The translations under genes were made by a program, and so were the position numbers. The notes under the pieces were generated by a model, which was not told the origin of the DNA, did no database searches, and worked only from the letters and a program-made list of their open reading frames with translations. This document shows, piece after piece, positions 40,043 through 52,740 of a stretch of 64,000 nt of DNA. Where the stretch lies: assembly GCA_964304625.1 (NCBI GenBank), contig OZ199839.1:8604221-8668220 (forward strand), in the 5' to 3' direction. The stretch is from Kudoa neothunni (Eukaryota > Animalia > Cnidaria). Every line of letters begins with the position of its first letter. Position 1 is the stretch's first letter.

Positions 40043-40560
40043 CAGGTTCGGCAACCTTTTTGAGTAACGAGCCAAACAGACATACCCTAACTATAATGTG
40101 GGCGGGCCATATTTTTTATTAATCTACTAAAATGTTAAATTAAGCTTAATTCAAATTTTGATTTTAAATATATAAATAAAAATTTGTAATAGTTATTTAA
40201 CTATAAAAATACGCCAAATCAAAAATATAATATTCTAATAATTTGCGAGTGCAATGTAATCAACTCGTGCTTAACTTGAGGAAGAACGATTTAATAGACT
40301 AGGTCATATAGCATGAGAAGTATTTATATGTCTTTTTAAAAATATTTTATATTTTTATTGACATAAATTTAATGTTATTTTAGCGGTCATATTAATTCCG
40401 GGTTTCTGATTTAATAAAAATGAATTTAAGTAGGCAAACAAGTCTACATCGACAACTTATAGTCCTTTAGAAAAATGATCTCTATAACACTTTAAAAAGT
40501 ATTTAGGTATTCTAGATATTAAGGAAAATTTTTATGTCACTCAATGCATGTCGACCCCCG
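40043..40560. mobile_element. hAT-family MITE
   Basis: Exact 8-bp TSD CTATAAAG at 40035-40042 and 40561-40568; ends CAGGTTCGGCAACCTTTT and GTCGACCCCCG resemble the hAT CAGGGGTCGGCAAC TIR. Confidence 0.8.
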
Positions 40561-41365
40561 CTATAAAGTGTCATAGCCATAACCTCATTTTATGAATGAA
40601 ATATTAAATATAATTTAATGCTATTTAAATAATAGGTAAACTCTATCAACAAACCCATATTTATTTCGAATTAAATATTTTGGGGTTTTTTTGGAGAAAA
40701 AAAAACCCTCCATAATACCAGAGGAAACGAGATTACTCTTTACCAAGAGTGTCTCACACATTTCAAGATAATATATTAAAATTAATAGCTTAGGAGAGTA
40801 GTTATTCCTGATTGGAGCTTCAGATAACAACTTGTTTTACTACAACGTGTATGATACTTTTCATGACGTATGATAGTACTTGAGTACACCGAGTGAAGGC
40901 TAATCATCAAACACATTATATATAACTATAAGAGTATAAACTTATATAATACCAATCAGAATGAACAATTAAAACAGTTTTCCAAAACCTGGGGCCCTTG
41001 CTCTAATTTGAGGGAGGTCGTGAGGCTATTACTCTAATAAAATTAGTCATTCGCAAATTATTTGCTATAATAGATGCCGACTTAAAAATTTAACCTCGGG
41101 GCAATAATATCATAAATATAAGTGGTTAATATACTTAAGGGTTATCATCCAGTTAGATTAGCTAACCTGGAGCATGAGAAATAAAAAAGTTGATAAATTA
41201 TGAATCCAAAGGTCTGCGTAGAACAGGGGCACATGACAAACTTTATCCCGCCAGGAATGCCGGCTCGAAGAGTTTCCAGTTAAATGGCTGTATAAGTGAA
41301 ATTTCGGAAAAATAACCTGGAAATTTAAACTATATTTTTTTTTATAATGTAAAATCCCCATGGCT

Positions 41366-41500
41366 GTTTACAAGAAGAATCAGGCAGGCGTCACAAAGAG
41401 TCATGTTACCTCTCGTCTTATCCTGCATGTTGTAGGATTGTCTATAATTAACCTTCATAACATCCTCGTCTCAGGTCGGACATCACCCAAAACGCCAAAT
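41366..41500 (-). repeat. Degenerate 3' fragment of the SINE at 59206-59750
   Basis: Shares CCTGAGACGAGGAT (41462-41475 on the - strand), colinear downstream similarity and the CTTGTAAAC end. Confidence 0.6.
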
Positions 41501-41701
41501 CAGATCCTCATTATTGAAACAAATGATAACTTTAGGTGTATCATACATATTTATAAACGTATATTCTAACAACCACTTTTATTATTGAATTTGAAGCACA
41601 TTACAGCAATAGTGATCTGATTGGGGAATCGGCATGAATTCCTAGCCTCCATATTCTCAGACCAAGTCCTCTGCTTTTTGTCGCCTTTTACGCTGATTCC
41701 A

Positions 41702-41726
41702 ATATATATATATATATATATATATA
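41702..41726. repeat. (AT)n microsatellite
   Basis: Direct reading. Confidence 0.9.
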
Positions 41727-42561
41727 TTCATAGACCTCTGTAAATAAATAAAAATCTTGAATTCTTACGAAAGAGTCTCTAAAAAAGTTACTTAGAGATA
41801 GATAAATTTATTTTAATTAAATTATAAGTTATTTATTCGGATATATGGAAGTTAAAGCAGTAATCTTTGGACAATCTGAAATGCATTACTAGTAGAGAAG
41901 TTGGTTTTCAATTTATACGTGTGTTCTAGTGAGATTATTGTTTCCTATAATCCAAGATTTATAATTTTTAGGAATTAATATGTGATATTTTCGCGATTTC
42001 TGTACATTTTAATTAGCCTTTAAGCTTGTTACCTTCATTTTTTCATTAATTTTAAATGAATATAAAGTTTTATATAATCAAATTACAATTAGATTAATTT
42101 CGGAAAATAAAATAATATCAATGTAGATATTTAGCAAAAAATATAAATTTTAGAGTTGTAGTATAATACCGTTAATCAAAAATATAATCATAATTAATGT
42201 ATATTTCAATTTTATATATTTAGATATAAAATTTCAAAAATTGTTTGTATATCAGTTTTTGCCAAATATATATTTAAACGACGTCAGACGAAACAAACGT
42301 ACACATATTGGACGTATGATCATAATTAAAAAAAATGAATATTTTAATTGTAAATTAAATTTGTGGTAAATACCTTTGAAATTTTTGTGGTTTATATTAT
42401 TAAATCATAAATTAAATTATCGTATTATAGATTTATCTATTTGGCGAACTGTTGCTAAAATTTTTTGTTTAACGACAAGTTTTAGTGTCTACCAAAGACG
42501 GGCCAACTTGAAATTTCTGTCTATATAAAAACTAAGAAATATTGGGACAAGATTATTTTTT

Positions 42562-43338
42562 TTAAGCAAAACTCTTAATCAAGTTTATTATAGCATTGAA
42601 TGCCATAAAAGCGCAGCACCACTTTAAGCATTTCTCTTGTTTTTTCTGTTTCTTTTTACGCTTTTTTTCTTTTTTAGCAACTAAAAAAGTATATTTCAAT
42701 ATTACCGAACATTGGCTTATTTTAAAATACACTCACTTTTATGATAATTTTTCGATTGTGCATCCTGAGTAGGATATCCTTGCTGAGGAGGATAAATACT
42801 TTGTTGTGCTGGTGGATAAGCAGTGTGAGGAGGATAAGGGTTTTGTTGCATTGGAGGATACGCGTCCTGGGGAGGGTATGGATTTTGTTGAGTTGGAGCA
42901 TAAGCAACCTGAGGAGGATAAACAGCTTGAGTTGGGTATGGGTTTTGTTGAGATGGTACATGAGTAGCTAGGGGAGGGTATTCACCTGGCGTTGCCTCAG
43001 GATAATAGGTTTGAGGAGTGTTTGCAACAGTGTGATCATAAGCGGGCGGTCCAACTTGTGGAACGACTGCACTATTCATCTGGCCTGAATATGTTACACT
43101 ATCTAATTCTTTAAATTATTATTTGATTGAATGTATTCAAGTTATTACAATTTGGGTAACCGGGATTGATTTCTTGATGTACATATTGCTGTGAGTGGAT
43201 ATAAACGTCATGTTGTTGAGCTGAATGTGGTTGGGGAGAAGTTGTTCCATATGGAACGGCGTTACCCTTTGTAGTTTCATTGTGTGGAAGGGTTGGATAA
43301 ATGTAACCTTCACCGTTGGTGTTTTCTCCCGAATTCAT
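42562..43338 (-). CDS. Longer, divergent CYSTM-like paralogue 4 with internal QQNPYPPQ.AYPP repeats and polybasic-CC tail
   Basis: Three exons joined by phase-1 introns: MNSGENTNGEGYIYPTLP...; QMNSAVVPQVGPPAY...(QQNPYP repeats)...NYHK; IAKKEKKRKKKQKKQEKCLKWCCAFMAFNAIINLIKSFA*. Confidence 0.72.
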
Positions 43339-45149
43339 GATTAAATGATATCAAGATTGAACACTATATAAAGAAGTCTCACCCATTGCATACTTCAATT
43401 TCAATAATTACAATGAAGTCATTAATAAAAAATTGTTGTTTCTTATTGAAAAATAACAATCTTAAGTATCAGGATTATAGCACTCGACTATTTGTGGAAT
43501 ATCATTATTAAAGTTCGCAAAGAATAAGTAGTTATTCTTTACAAATATTCGACATAATCGTAGGATCAACGAAGGTAACATTAAGTTCGCATGAATTCAC
43601 AATAGAAATACACTTATTAAGTTTTAAATTTAAAATCTGACAAAAAAGAGTAAATTTTGCAAATAGTCCAACGTTTCTTCAGTCAGTCATTTCTAACTCG
43701 GAAGGAATAGAAGAATGACTAAGGCTTTTTATATTTTTTTAATATCGTCAGTTAGAGTGACATGTTTTTTAGTTTATAAATTTAAAAAAACTTTTTTATA
43801 CCTTCTAGTTACTCATACTAAAAAATATTTGCCTTTTTATTGGCTAAAAACATATTATAAAACAAGTATAATATTATAATTATAAAGTAAATTTAATAAT
43901 TCACAAAAAAACTCTTTCGGTTATATTGTTATTATTAAATTAGGTAACAATACTTTATATATGGCCCATACATTCAAAAATTGTAACATGTTGGGGGTTT
44001 AACATAAAACTTAATCGTAGCCTTAAATTCTCATCACATATATTTACATATTTATAAAATAAATTGCTTTAATATTATGTTGTTACACCTTAATTTTTAA
44101 TTTCTATTTAATAAAAACAATATTTAAATACTAATCTAGTTTTAAAAAAGATTATTCTTCGAAATTAAACTAATAATGTTACTCTAGTGCCACAACATTC
44201 CTCTTATACACTTATAAATATTTATTTAATCCATAGTTACACTTTAAGGATGAAAAGATTTATAGCAACTGTCACTAATTTCCAATCTAATATCATGATA
44301 ATTATCAATCTGTAGAGTTTATTAATTTCTTAATTTATTTAGATTTTCTTCTATAAATTAATCACGGATGTAGGATGGATAGTTGAAAATTGATGTTTAT
44401 CAATTATATTTAATAGTTTTCCGCATTTGATTACATTATTTCCTCATGCATTAATGTATTAAAATGAAGGTTTCTTTGATAAATTTAGGTTTAGCGACAA
44501 CATTAGAATTAATCTACAGTCGTGTCTGGATGTTTTGTAATATTTTGGGACCGGAGAAAAATTACGCAATATCTAGTCATCTGCACACGCATAATAACTT
44601 CTAATTTAACATTTCTTACAAAAATACTCATCTCTTATATAATTTTTAGGCATTTATTGAAAATTTCGCGCAAGGCATCCTTAACATGATCTGGTGAAAA
44701 TAATTCACTAGGATTATCAATGATATAAGTTTTTTCATGGATTTATAAGATAATCTACTAGAAACGTTGTAACGATTTTATCGTTGTGTATGTGATCAGG
44801 ATCATTATTTCAAAAAATAAATATACCTTGATTATCTTAAATTTAATGTATAATTTCATTTTCTCCCTGTCAAATAACATCATTACACATTACTATCTAC
44901 ACATGAATATTAAATTTTTTTTATTAATTATATTTTAATTTTATTTCACCACCACATTATTTTTAAATTTCATCTTGCTAATTTTTCAATTAAAATGAAG
45001 GAAAAATCAATTTTTTTCTTATAAAATAGGCGGCTTATTAACTCAATTACAAATTATTGAACTGTAACCACCCCCGAGTCAATTTTAACGTATTTTAGTA
45101 ATCGAGCATAAAATATTTAAATATTTCTGGATCCCCCTCTCCAAATAGC

Positions 45150-45900
45150 ACATTTACGCATAATGTTTTTCTCTAATTGGCTTCTTAACTATGAATTATT
45201 CCCAGATCAATTATTCGCACCACACAAACAGTGTTTTTTATAGAAATAGAAGCTGGATGTTTTCGAAATAATCGATCGATTATGGACAATATGAGCACTG
45301 TTCTAATAAAATTAAAACCTTTCTGTTTTCTTTAATGAAAACTCTGGTTAATATCTTTGAGGATCAGATAAAACATAAATGAAGATAATCACGCATTCAT
45401 TTGCGAATGGCACTATATTGAAAGCTGTTTAATTCCTCTAAAACAGCGATTTTTCTTAAAATTTTCTTATTACGTGTAATTGCATTTTTTCTTCGGTCAC
45501 TGTAGCAGGGATAAACATAGTAGCACGCTTACATGGTGCTTATTATTAATAGTTGACGTACGTTGTATCAACTGTTCATAAAAGTGAGCCGTCTCGTCCA
45601 AATTTAATATATATTCCTGATTTTATCTTGGCAGAATCTCGAGAAAATTCCATATCCATAGATATCTATATTTAAAATCAGAGCTCTCCTACTCCATGCA
45701 ATCTGAGTTTTTCGGACCGTAACGCCTTCTGCAATTATTAAACTAACCCTCGCTTCCGTTAAAACCTTTTATTCCAATATCTTTGACAATAATAAAAGAT
45801 TATTCGACCATTAAAAAACTAGATAATAGTTTTTTCCCCGCATTGAAACTACTCAATTGTAAAAATTATTTGAATATCATTACATTTTTCCGGTTCAAAC
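45150..45900 (-). mobile_element. Decayed pogo/Tigger (TIGD/CENP-B-like) transposase
   Basis: Remnant motifs on the - strand: ASEG.F, NLDETAHFY (cf. N.DETGLF), EK.QLHVI.K..NRCFRGIK, ENRKVLILL..CS, NIQLLFL..NT and IDLGIIHS; boundaries approximate. Confidence 0.7.
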
Positions 45901-48748
45901 ATTTTTCAATATTTCAAAATGTTTGAATTTATGGTTTCATCTTGTTTAGAAAAACTTCTAAAAAAATTTAAATAACCTTTTTGAAGTTTTTGAATAATAT
46001 TGGAGTTAATATAAATTGATTAACTGAGACGTTTTACAGTAATATCATTAGCACCACGTATAAACTTAAAAAATTATAGTAATCAATTATTTTTATTATG
46101 TTTTCTTTAGTTATTTGAGAACTTACAATGCTTTTTATATTTCATCTATCAGATTAACGGGATTAAAATAAAAATAAAAGAGTTACACAAGGTTTTTCCT
46201 AATTTGCTTTATATCCGCTTGTTCAAAATTTTTATTTTTTTGTATATTTATCCATTTAAGCATAATGAATATGATTTTTATGCTTTATTTATAGAATAAA
46301 AACACACAATGGTAATAAAGCTAAATTACGCTGAATTGCGTCACAACCGTATTAATGTTGAAAAGGTCCCATTATATTTAAACGGACATACTGAAAATTA
46401 CTATCACTTCTTAAATAATGATTAAAATAAGAATTTAAAATAATGTAATATAAAATAAATTTGAACAATAGAACAAAATCAAATTTATACTTATTTTCTA
46501 TCTATTTTACGGATATTATTGATTAGAAAATACATAAATAATTTTCTACTAACATAAAGTCACGTGGGACTTGTGACGTTCGGCAACTTAGTAATATTTG
46601 TTGAGAAATACTATTAATATTCATTATTAAGACAAATATCTGTAACAAAAAATGCTATAACTTTTTTATTGTTAAACGGTAATTTAATTATATATAATAA
46701 AACAAGTAGATTTTAGAACACATTTTATTAAAGATTAAATGAAGAGTATTTAAAAAAATTTTGTTTAAAGTAAATTTTTCTTTAAATGATTATAAGAAAT
46801 ATTTGAAATCAATAAACCAAGAAAGGTATTTTGTATGTGATAAATTTAAGCCATTAATTTTTTGCTTGATAGAAGAATTATTACTTGTATATTTTTGGTA
46901 ACATTATAAGAAGTAAATTCATTTCATCAGATTTACTAAAGTTTTATATAGTTTGATTATGTATTACGACTAAGTGTTTTCTGAAATTACAAAGAAATCT
47001 TTGGATGAGCCATTTCAGCTCTCTTAACTGAGGGTCCCCACTCTCTTAGGGGTGTCATATAAGATCCCAGTCGAAAATAATTGTTGAGAGATTTTTTAAA
47101 GCAGATTGCCGATCTTTTAATATCTAACTCCCAAAAACTTAATAAATACATTGTTTGTTTCCTATGTTTAACCAGTGTTTATTTTTTTTTCATAAAATGC
47201 AGAAAGAGCTTACAAGTCAAGTTTAATTCAGAAAATCAATGAATTAAACTTTTGAATCACCTAGTAACGTTGAAATGCGCCCGACTAGTAAAATTTTAAA
47301 AAGTATAAAAAATAAGAATATAATATTTGTTTATCCAACAAATTTAAAATATTAAAATTACAATGGAAAGATTTAACGAAATTATCTCCATTTAATTCTT
47401 GGAGATAGTTCTGTGTTAGATTGATTCTCTCAATATTTTGAGTGAGTCACGCCTTATTGTATATAGAATGAGTGCAAGTTCGATTTGAGCTGAGAAGCAC
47501 TAAGCTATTATAACTCAGTGTAACAGTAATAATAGAATAACCTTGGTTAGATCGGTTACACAAGTGGAGTTGGACTCAGTTTAGCGTAATAATACAAGAT
47601 TTTTAGAGACATTCTAATCCATGTAGCTGGGGACCAGAAAAAATCACCACAGATTTTCGACTTATTGCTATAGCTCTCAGAGGACCCTGTAATAGTACTT
47701 TGAAACTGTCGTAAATAAAGGATTAGTGCTTCCTGGATTGATTATTAGATTCCTTCGCTTAGAAGTGGAAAATTATATGACAAATCGAATAACAAAGGTT
47801 AATGCAGCATCATCATATATCTCACATTGCATACTAAAATAGTAAAATAATAAAATGAGATAAATAAACATTTTGGTCAGGTTATTTTGCTGATTTGATC
47901 ATATATTTCGCCAATTTATAGTTTTGTGAAATATATGTTGAATGTAAAACTATGAACCAAATCAACATTATTCATTGAATATTCCAGTTTCAGTTACCAT
48001 TAATAAATGCCGAAGATAATATATAATTAATTTTTCAGATTGTCATAATCGGACATTTTCTATATGGTTCAGGATCCATCGTGGATTATTTTATTGGGGA
48101 AATTTCCATTATACTCATCTTAAATTTGGGACAAACATTTGAAACTATGTATGTATTGAAAAAAATAATAATTTTAATTCATATAATTATCCTGGAAAAT
48201 ACTTAAAATTATTATGTACATATGGAAGATATAATCATTAAAAAGAATTAATACTTATATATTATATGATGAGATAGCTTACCTATGATTACGAAAAAAT
48301 TTATATCAACATGAAAAAGTATTGAATTCGATACTTGTTGAATAATCGCTATAAGCACTGCTCTACTACTGTTGCAGAGTACATGACAAATTTTCGCCTA
48401 CTTATGTTAGATTATGGATAAGTACATTCATGAATTATTCATGAATAGGTTGAGTTTGAATATCGATTTAGACATTTATAATGGAAATTAAGTTAACTTT
48501 CTCGAATAGAAAAATAATTTTCCATTCAACTCAATAAAAATATAATCATGTTGTGAATAACTGAGAGCGTTTGGATGTTTTTTCGATCGTATAGATTAGA
48601 GAGAGACTTAATGCGGAGGATAATCGTTGAAAGCTCTGATAATCTATCATATCACTACTTCATATAGGTGAACAGTCGATCAAATAAAATATTTGATTTC
48701 ATAGTGGATTGAATGACCGGAAAGTGCTTATCGTAATATGCTAAATAA

Positions 48749-50454
48749 ATGAAGTTTATTGAGCCATTTCTATTTTTCTACACGCTTGGCGTGAACATAT
48801 TCTACGGTATATTCCAGCAGATTCTATTTTCGGTGATCTGTCAGCGAAAATTCAACTCCACCTGGGACATGTGTTCATCTAATGAGACATTGAACTCGAT
48901 GGCTCAATTGGAAACTTCAAAGTTTAATCTCTATCTCAATATTGGATGTTTAATACCAGCATTATTTGTGCCCGTGATGTGCTCAACATTTGGTCCATCG
49001 ATTGGTTCGAATCGATTGTTATTTTTGCCTCTAATCGGCGACACAGTATCATTCGGTTTTGTTGGACTGTACGAATATTATGATCAGTTTAAAAACGAAT
49101 TGCTTGTATGAAACTTGTGGATGTTTTACCACGTTACAATACTGATATTATTGTTGTTATAACTTTATTTTAGGTGATACTGCTATCGGTTGCAAATGTT
49201 ATTGGAGGTTATTCAGTAGCTAGGGCGCTTTGCAACAATTATGTGAGCGCTTCGTCATCGAACCGAAGTCGTGAAAATCGGTTTCTACTAATGGAAATTA
49301 TCTGTGTGATTTCATACACAATCTCTGGAATTCTAGGAGGCTATATATTGTATTATTTGAGTATTCGAATTGGTATATATATTTGTTTCTCGTTGATGTT
49401 GTTGGCATTTATTTTCTTGGCATTTGTGCAAAATGTCGAGAGTGATAAATCAGTCGGATCAGCCAACACCAGTAATAACACTACATCACGTACTCTAAAA
49501 AACGTGTTCCATGGAATACCCCTTAAAAATCGTGTCTACATAGTTTTGTTTTTGGTATCTGAATTTTTGACCTCTTTCGGTATATTTATATATAATATTC
49601 TTGAACTAATTTCACTGAAAAATATTGTTATTTTAAAAATGTTTAATTGTCTTCCATCTTGCTGGTTGTTGTATAATTGTTTTCCCCATTATTCTAGCTG
49701 AGGCTGGCGCGTTGGATATTCTGGTGCTGTATTGTTTGAGGACCGAATTCCAATTTTCCTCTTTGGCAATTGGGTGGGTGCTTTCAACGGTTCATGCTGT
49801 AAAAGCTCTGGGATCGTTGCTAATCTATCCCATTCTTATACAAAAGTGTCAGGTGCCCGGATGGATATTGAGTGTGATCAACCAATTTTGTATCGTTGGA
49901 TATTTCCTAATGTTTGGATTCGCGACAAAAAAAGCCCATATTATTGCTGGTACGTTGGTTGAAACATTGTTCGTTACCTCAATGGATCGATTCTGATTTA
50001 AGGTTCATTATTTTTCCTGTTTGATGGAAGTGTTTCAGCGCTCATATCAGCAACTTTATCCGACTCATGCGAAGGAAACACTAGGGGTTAATATTACCTT
50101 TTAAATCGTAGGTTTTATTTCTCTCCAATGTAATGTAGGAATGATTTTTGGAATACACTCAACCCTTACTGAAATTGGGTCTGTTGCTGGATGCATTATG
50201 GCAGATTTTATCTATTTGGAAACATTGCCATTTTTCCCTGGATTAACTCATCTCATTTTGGGTGCGATTATGTTTATTGGATGTTTGTTAGCAAGGTAAT
50301 AAGTTTTATGTGTTACCTCTGATAGTTTACTGGTCTAATTAGTGTGGGACTTTTCTTCGATTACCGAAACAAAACTATTGTCTATATTGATACCATCCTG
50401 GTGGAAGGTGAGAACAAAATTCTCCTATCAAGTGGTTCTCCAACCGAAGGATGA
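48749..50454 (+). CDS. SLC46-family (PCFT/SLC46A3-like) MFS transporter
   Basis: N-terminal IEPFLFFY, a Cys- and N-glycan-bearing first loop (CQRKFNSTWDMCSSNET), IGSNRLLFLPLIG, YVSASS...RENRF..ME, LYCL..EFQFS and IY.ETL.FFPG. Multiple TM exons end ENKILLSSGSPTEG*. Confidence 0.85.
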
Positions 50455-51199
50455 CAATCGCTACATTATTTTCTACCCACCACACAAATACATGTCTATA
50501 TTCCTGTATAATATAAGTTTTTAAACTTTAAGTATTATTATGTATACATTTTCAACTGATATAAAGAGTTCTAGTGATTCTTGTCTTTTTTATTTAGGAA
50601 TATTAGAAAAGTTCATATCTCTGCATTAATTTTTTAAACATTTTCCCAATTTTGTCTTTTCTATTATTTTCACGCGATATTATCTGTCACAATAGATAAT
50701 CAATTTTACTTCAGCTTACATACGTATAAACACGAAGGAATTTTTTTGATTTCCCACTTTAGATATGTAATCAAGGCAATATATATTATAAATTTTTTGT
50801 TGAAATAATCTTATAAATAGTATATTTTTATCACTTAAAACATTTTAACAATGTAAAATTCGCGACATGGAATTTTTACTGTTATTTGTATCTGTTGGTA
50901 TATAACATTTACTTTAATTGCTTAAAATATCGAGAATTTTAATTTATTCTGCGTTGTTTCTGGTTGTATAAATTTAACATTATTTTTGTAGATATAGTTG
51001 GTAGGGTATTCTTTTCGTATACATCTATCAGTCTATAGCTAGAGGTGATAATTGGATCAATAACTGCAATCTTGCTATAAGCATTTTTTCTTACTATTGT
51101 ATTTTATTAGAGAAATAACTAAAAATTAAAAAAAAAGAATACATACCTTTATTGAGAGTGTTCCATTTGTTAATTATTTAATATTTATGTAGCGTTTAA

Positions 51200-52740
51200 T
51201 TTTGGTAGTGGCCATATCTCAGGTACTTGATAATCCGATCGCACTCAAGCTAATCTCAGGGAATGAGTATCTCTAAAATTAATACATATATTTTATTCAT
51301 ATTATGTAATATTTACTTCATTAATTTTTCCGTAAGTTCAAGAAAAATTTTAAAAAGAATAAATTTTCAGTAATGCAACCATCAATACCCAAATGTAATT
51401 ATTATATATTTTCAAAATTTGGATAAATAAACAATTTATCATATATTAGATACAAAATAATATAACAACAAATTTCTCATATTTTGTACTACTAAAAGAA
51501 ATGGAATATATGATGACTTGTTCGTTCGAGGAAAAAATCACAAATTTTAACAATTACCATATTCCGAAAATAAATTTATTATCTAATATTGGATTTTTCG
51601 GCTTATTGACGTAATAAATAATTTGTATACATCTTATATCCACAATTATTTATATATGATTCCTTCTGATCTTACGGTGGACTTTATTTCCACGGAATTT
51701 TTAGGTCTGAAAATTCAACAATAATAATATTATAATGTTAACATTTAGTAAAGGCTATTCTATGCTATCTTCAGCTTTATATCTATTATTTAATTGTTCG
51801 TTACGAGGTTCTAATTCGGTAAGTGTGCCAAATGTTGTCATTTTGTTAGGTGAGATTCCTATTAAATCGACAGAAGACTCTTAATTCTCACTATCCGAGT
51901 TTAAGTCATAAAATATTTACTTTTTTTTTACTGTCACACATATCTACAACTATATTAAATTGGAAATATTGTATTTGCAAAAATAATCACATTTATTAAG
52001 GAAACGTACGCCTAAACGTCATCATGATTCTTAGTTAGTTTTCTCAGTAGATTAATACACCTTATAGATTATTATCATTATTATTAAAAAGTTCCCACCA
52101 AATTCAGAACTATTATTAGCAAATAAAAACAACAAAAATAACAAAAAATTTGTTTATAGTTTTAACTTCTGTTCGAATGTTTCTATTTCAAATGGTCTTT
52201 TCCAGTTAATAATGGTTGAAACACTTTATTTATTATTTTCTACTACAAGATCCACATTCAAAAACCTTTTTCCATATGATATTTGCATCGATGAATACAC
52301 AGTTTTTTAGGAAAGAAGAGTAATGTTTGCCATAATGGGGATTTTAATTATTCACATATTACGACGATATAAAGATCTTCGAAGGAAACAAACCATATCC
52401 CATATATAAACATGCTAGAATCCTTCTTTGCCATTCCAACACGAAGGAATACAATAGAAGCTAAAATTACTTTTAAGCGAAAAATTCATTATCTATATCG
52501 GCCAATCTAAAGAATGAATATACCTTTTTATCAAAATATTTAAAAATATATGATAATTACACTTGAATATTAATGGACTTCGGATGGTTGCATTACTAAA
52601 AACATATTCTTCTTCAAATTTTTCTTGAACTTACAAAAAAATAATTGAAGTAAATATACAGCGGAGTTTTAGAGATATTCATTCCCTGAGATATAGCCAG
52701 CTCCATTCATTTTTCTAGATAGGTTTATCAAATTCAGTTA
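51200..52740. mobile_element. Unclassified element bounded by long (about 200 bp) imperfect inverted repeats
   Basis: About 51255-51450 is the reverse complement of about 52505-52695 (ATCTCAGGGAATGA.TATCTCTAAAA, TATTTACTTCA, GTAAGTTCAAGAAAAATTT, AGTAATGCAACCATC). Exact termini and TSD not resolved. Confidence 0.7.

Noticed and set aside
14093-43338. Pro-rich/Cys-rich genes as cnidarian minicollagens
   Set aside because: No signal peptide, no Gly-X-Y repeats and no minicollagen cysteine-rich-domain spacing; the Cys lie in a hydrophobic C-terminal anchor.
46555-46592. Hairpin followed by TTAG as a Helitron 3' end
   Set aside because: The stem is short, the terminus is not CTRR, and no 5' end or helicase remnant is seen.
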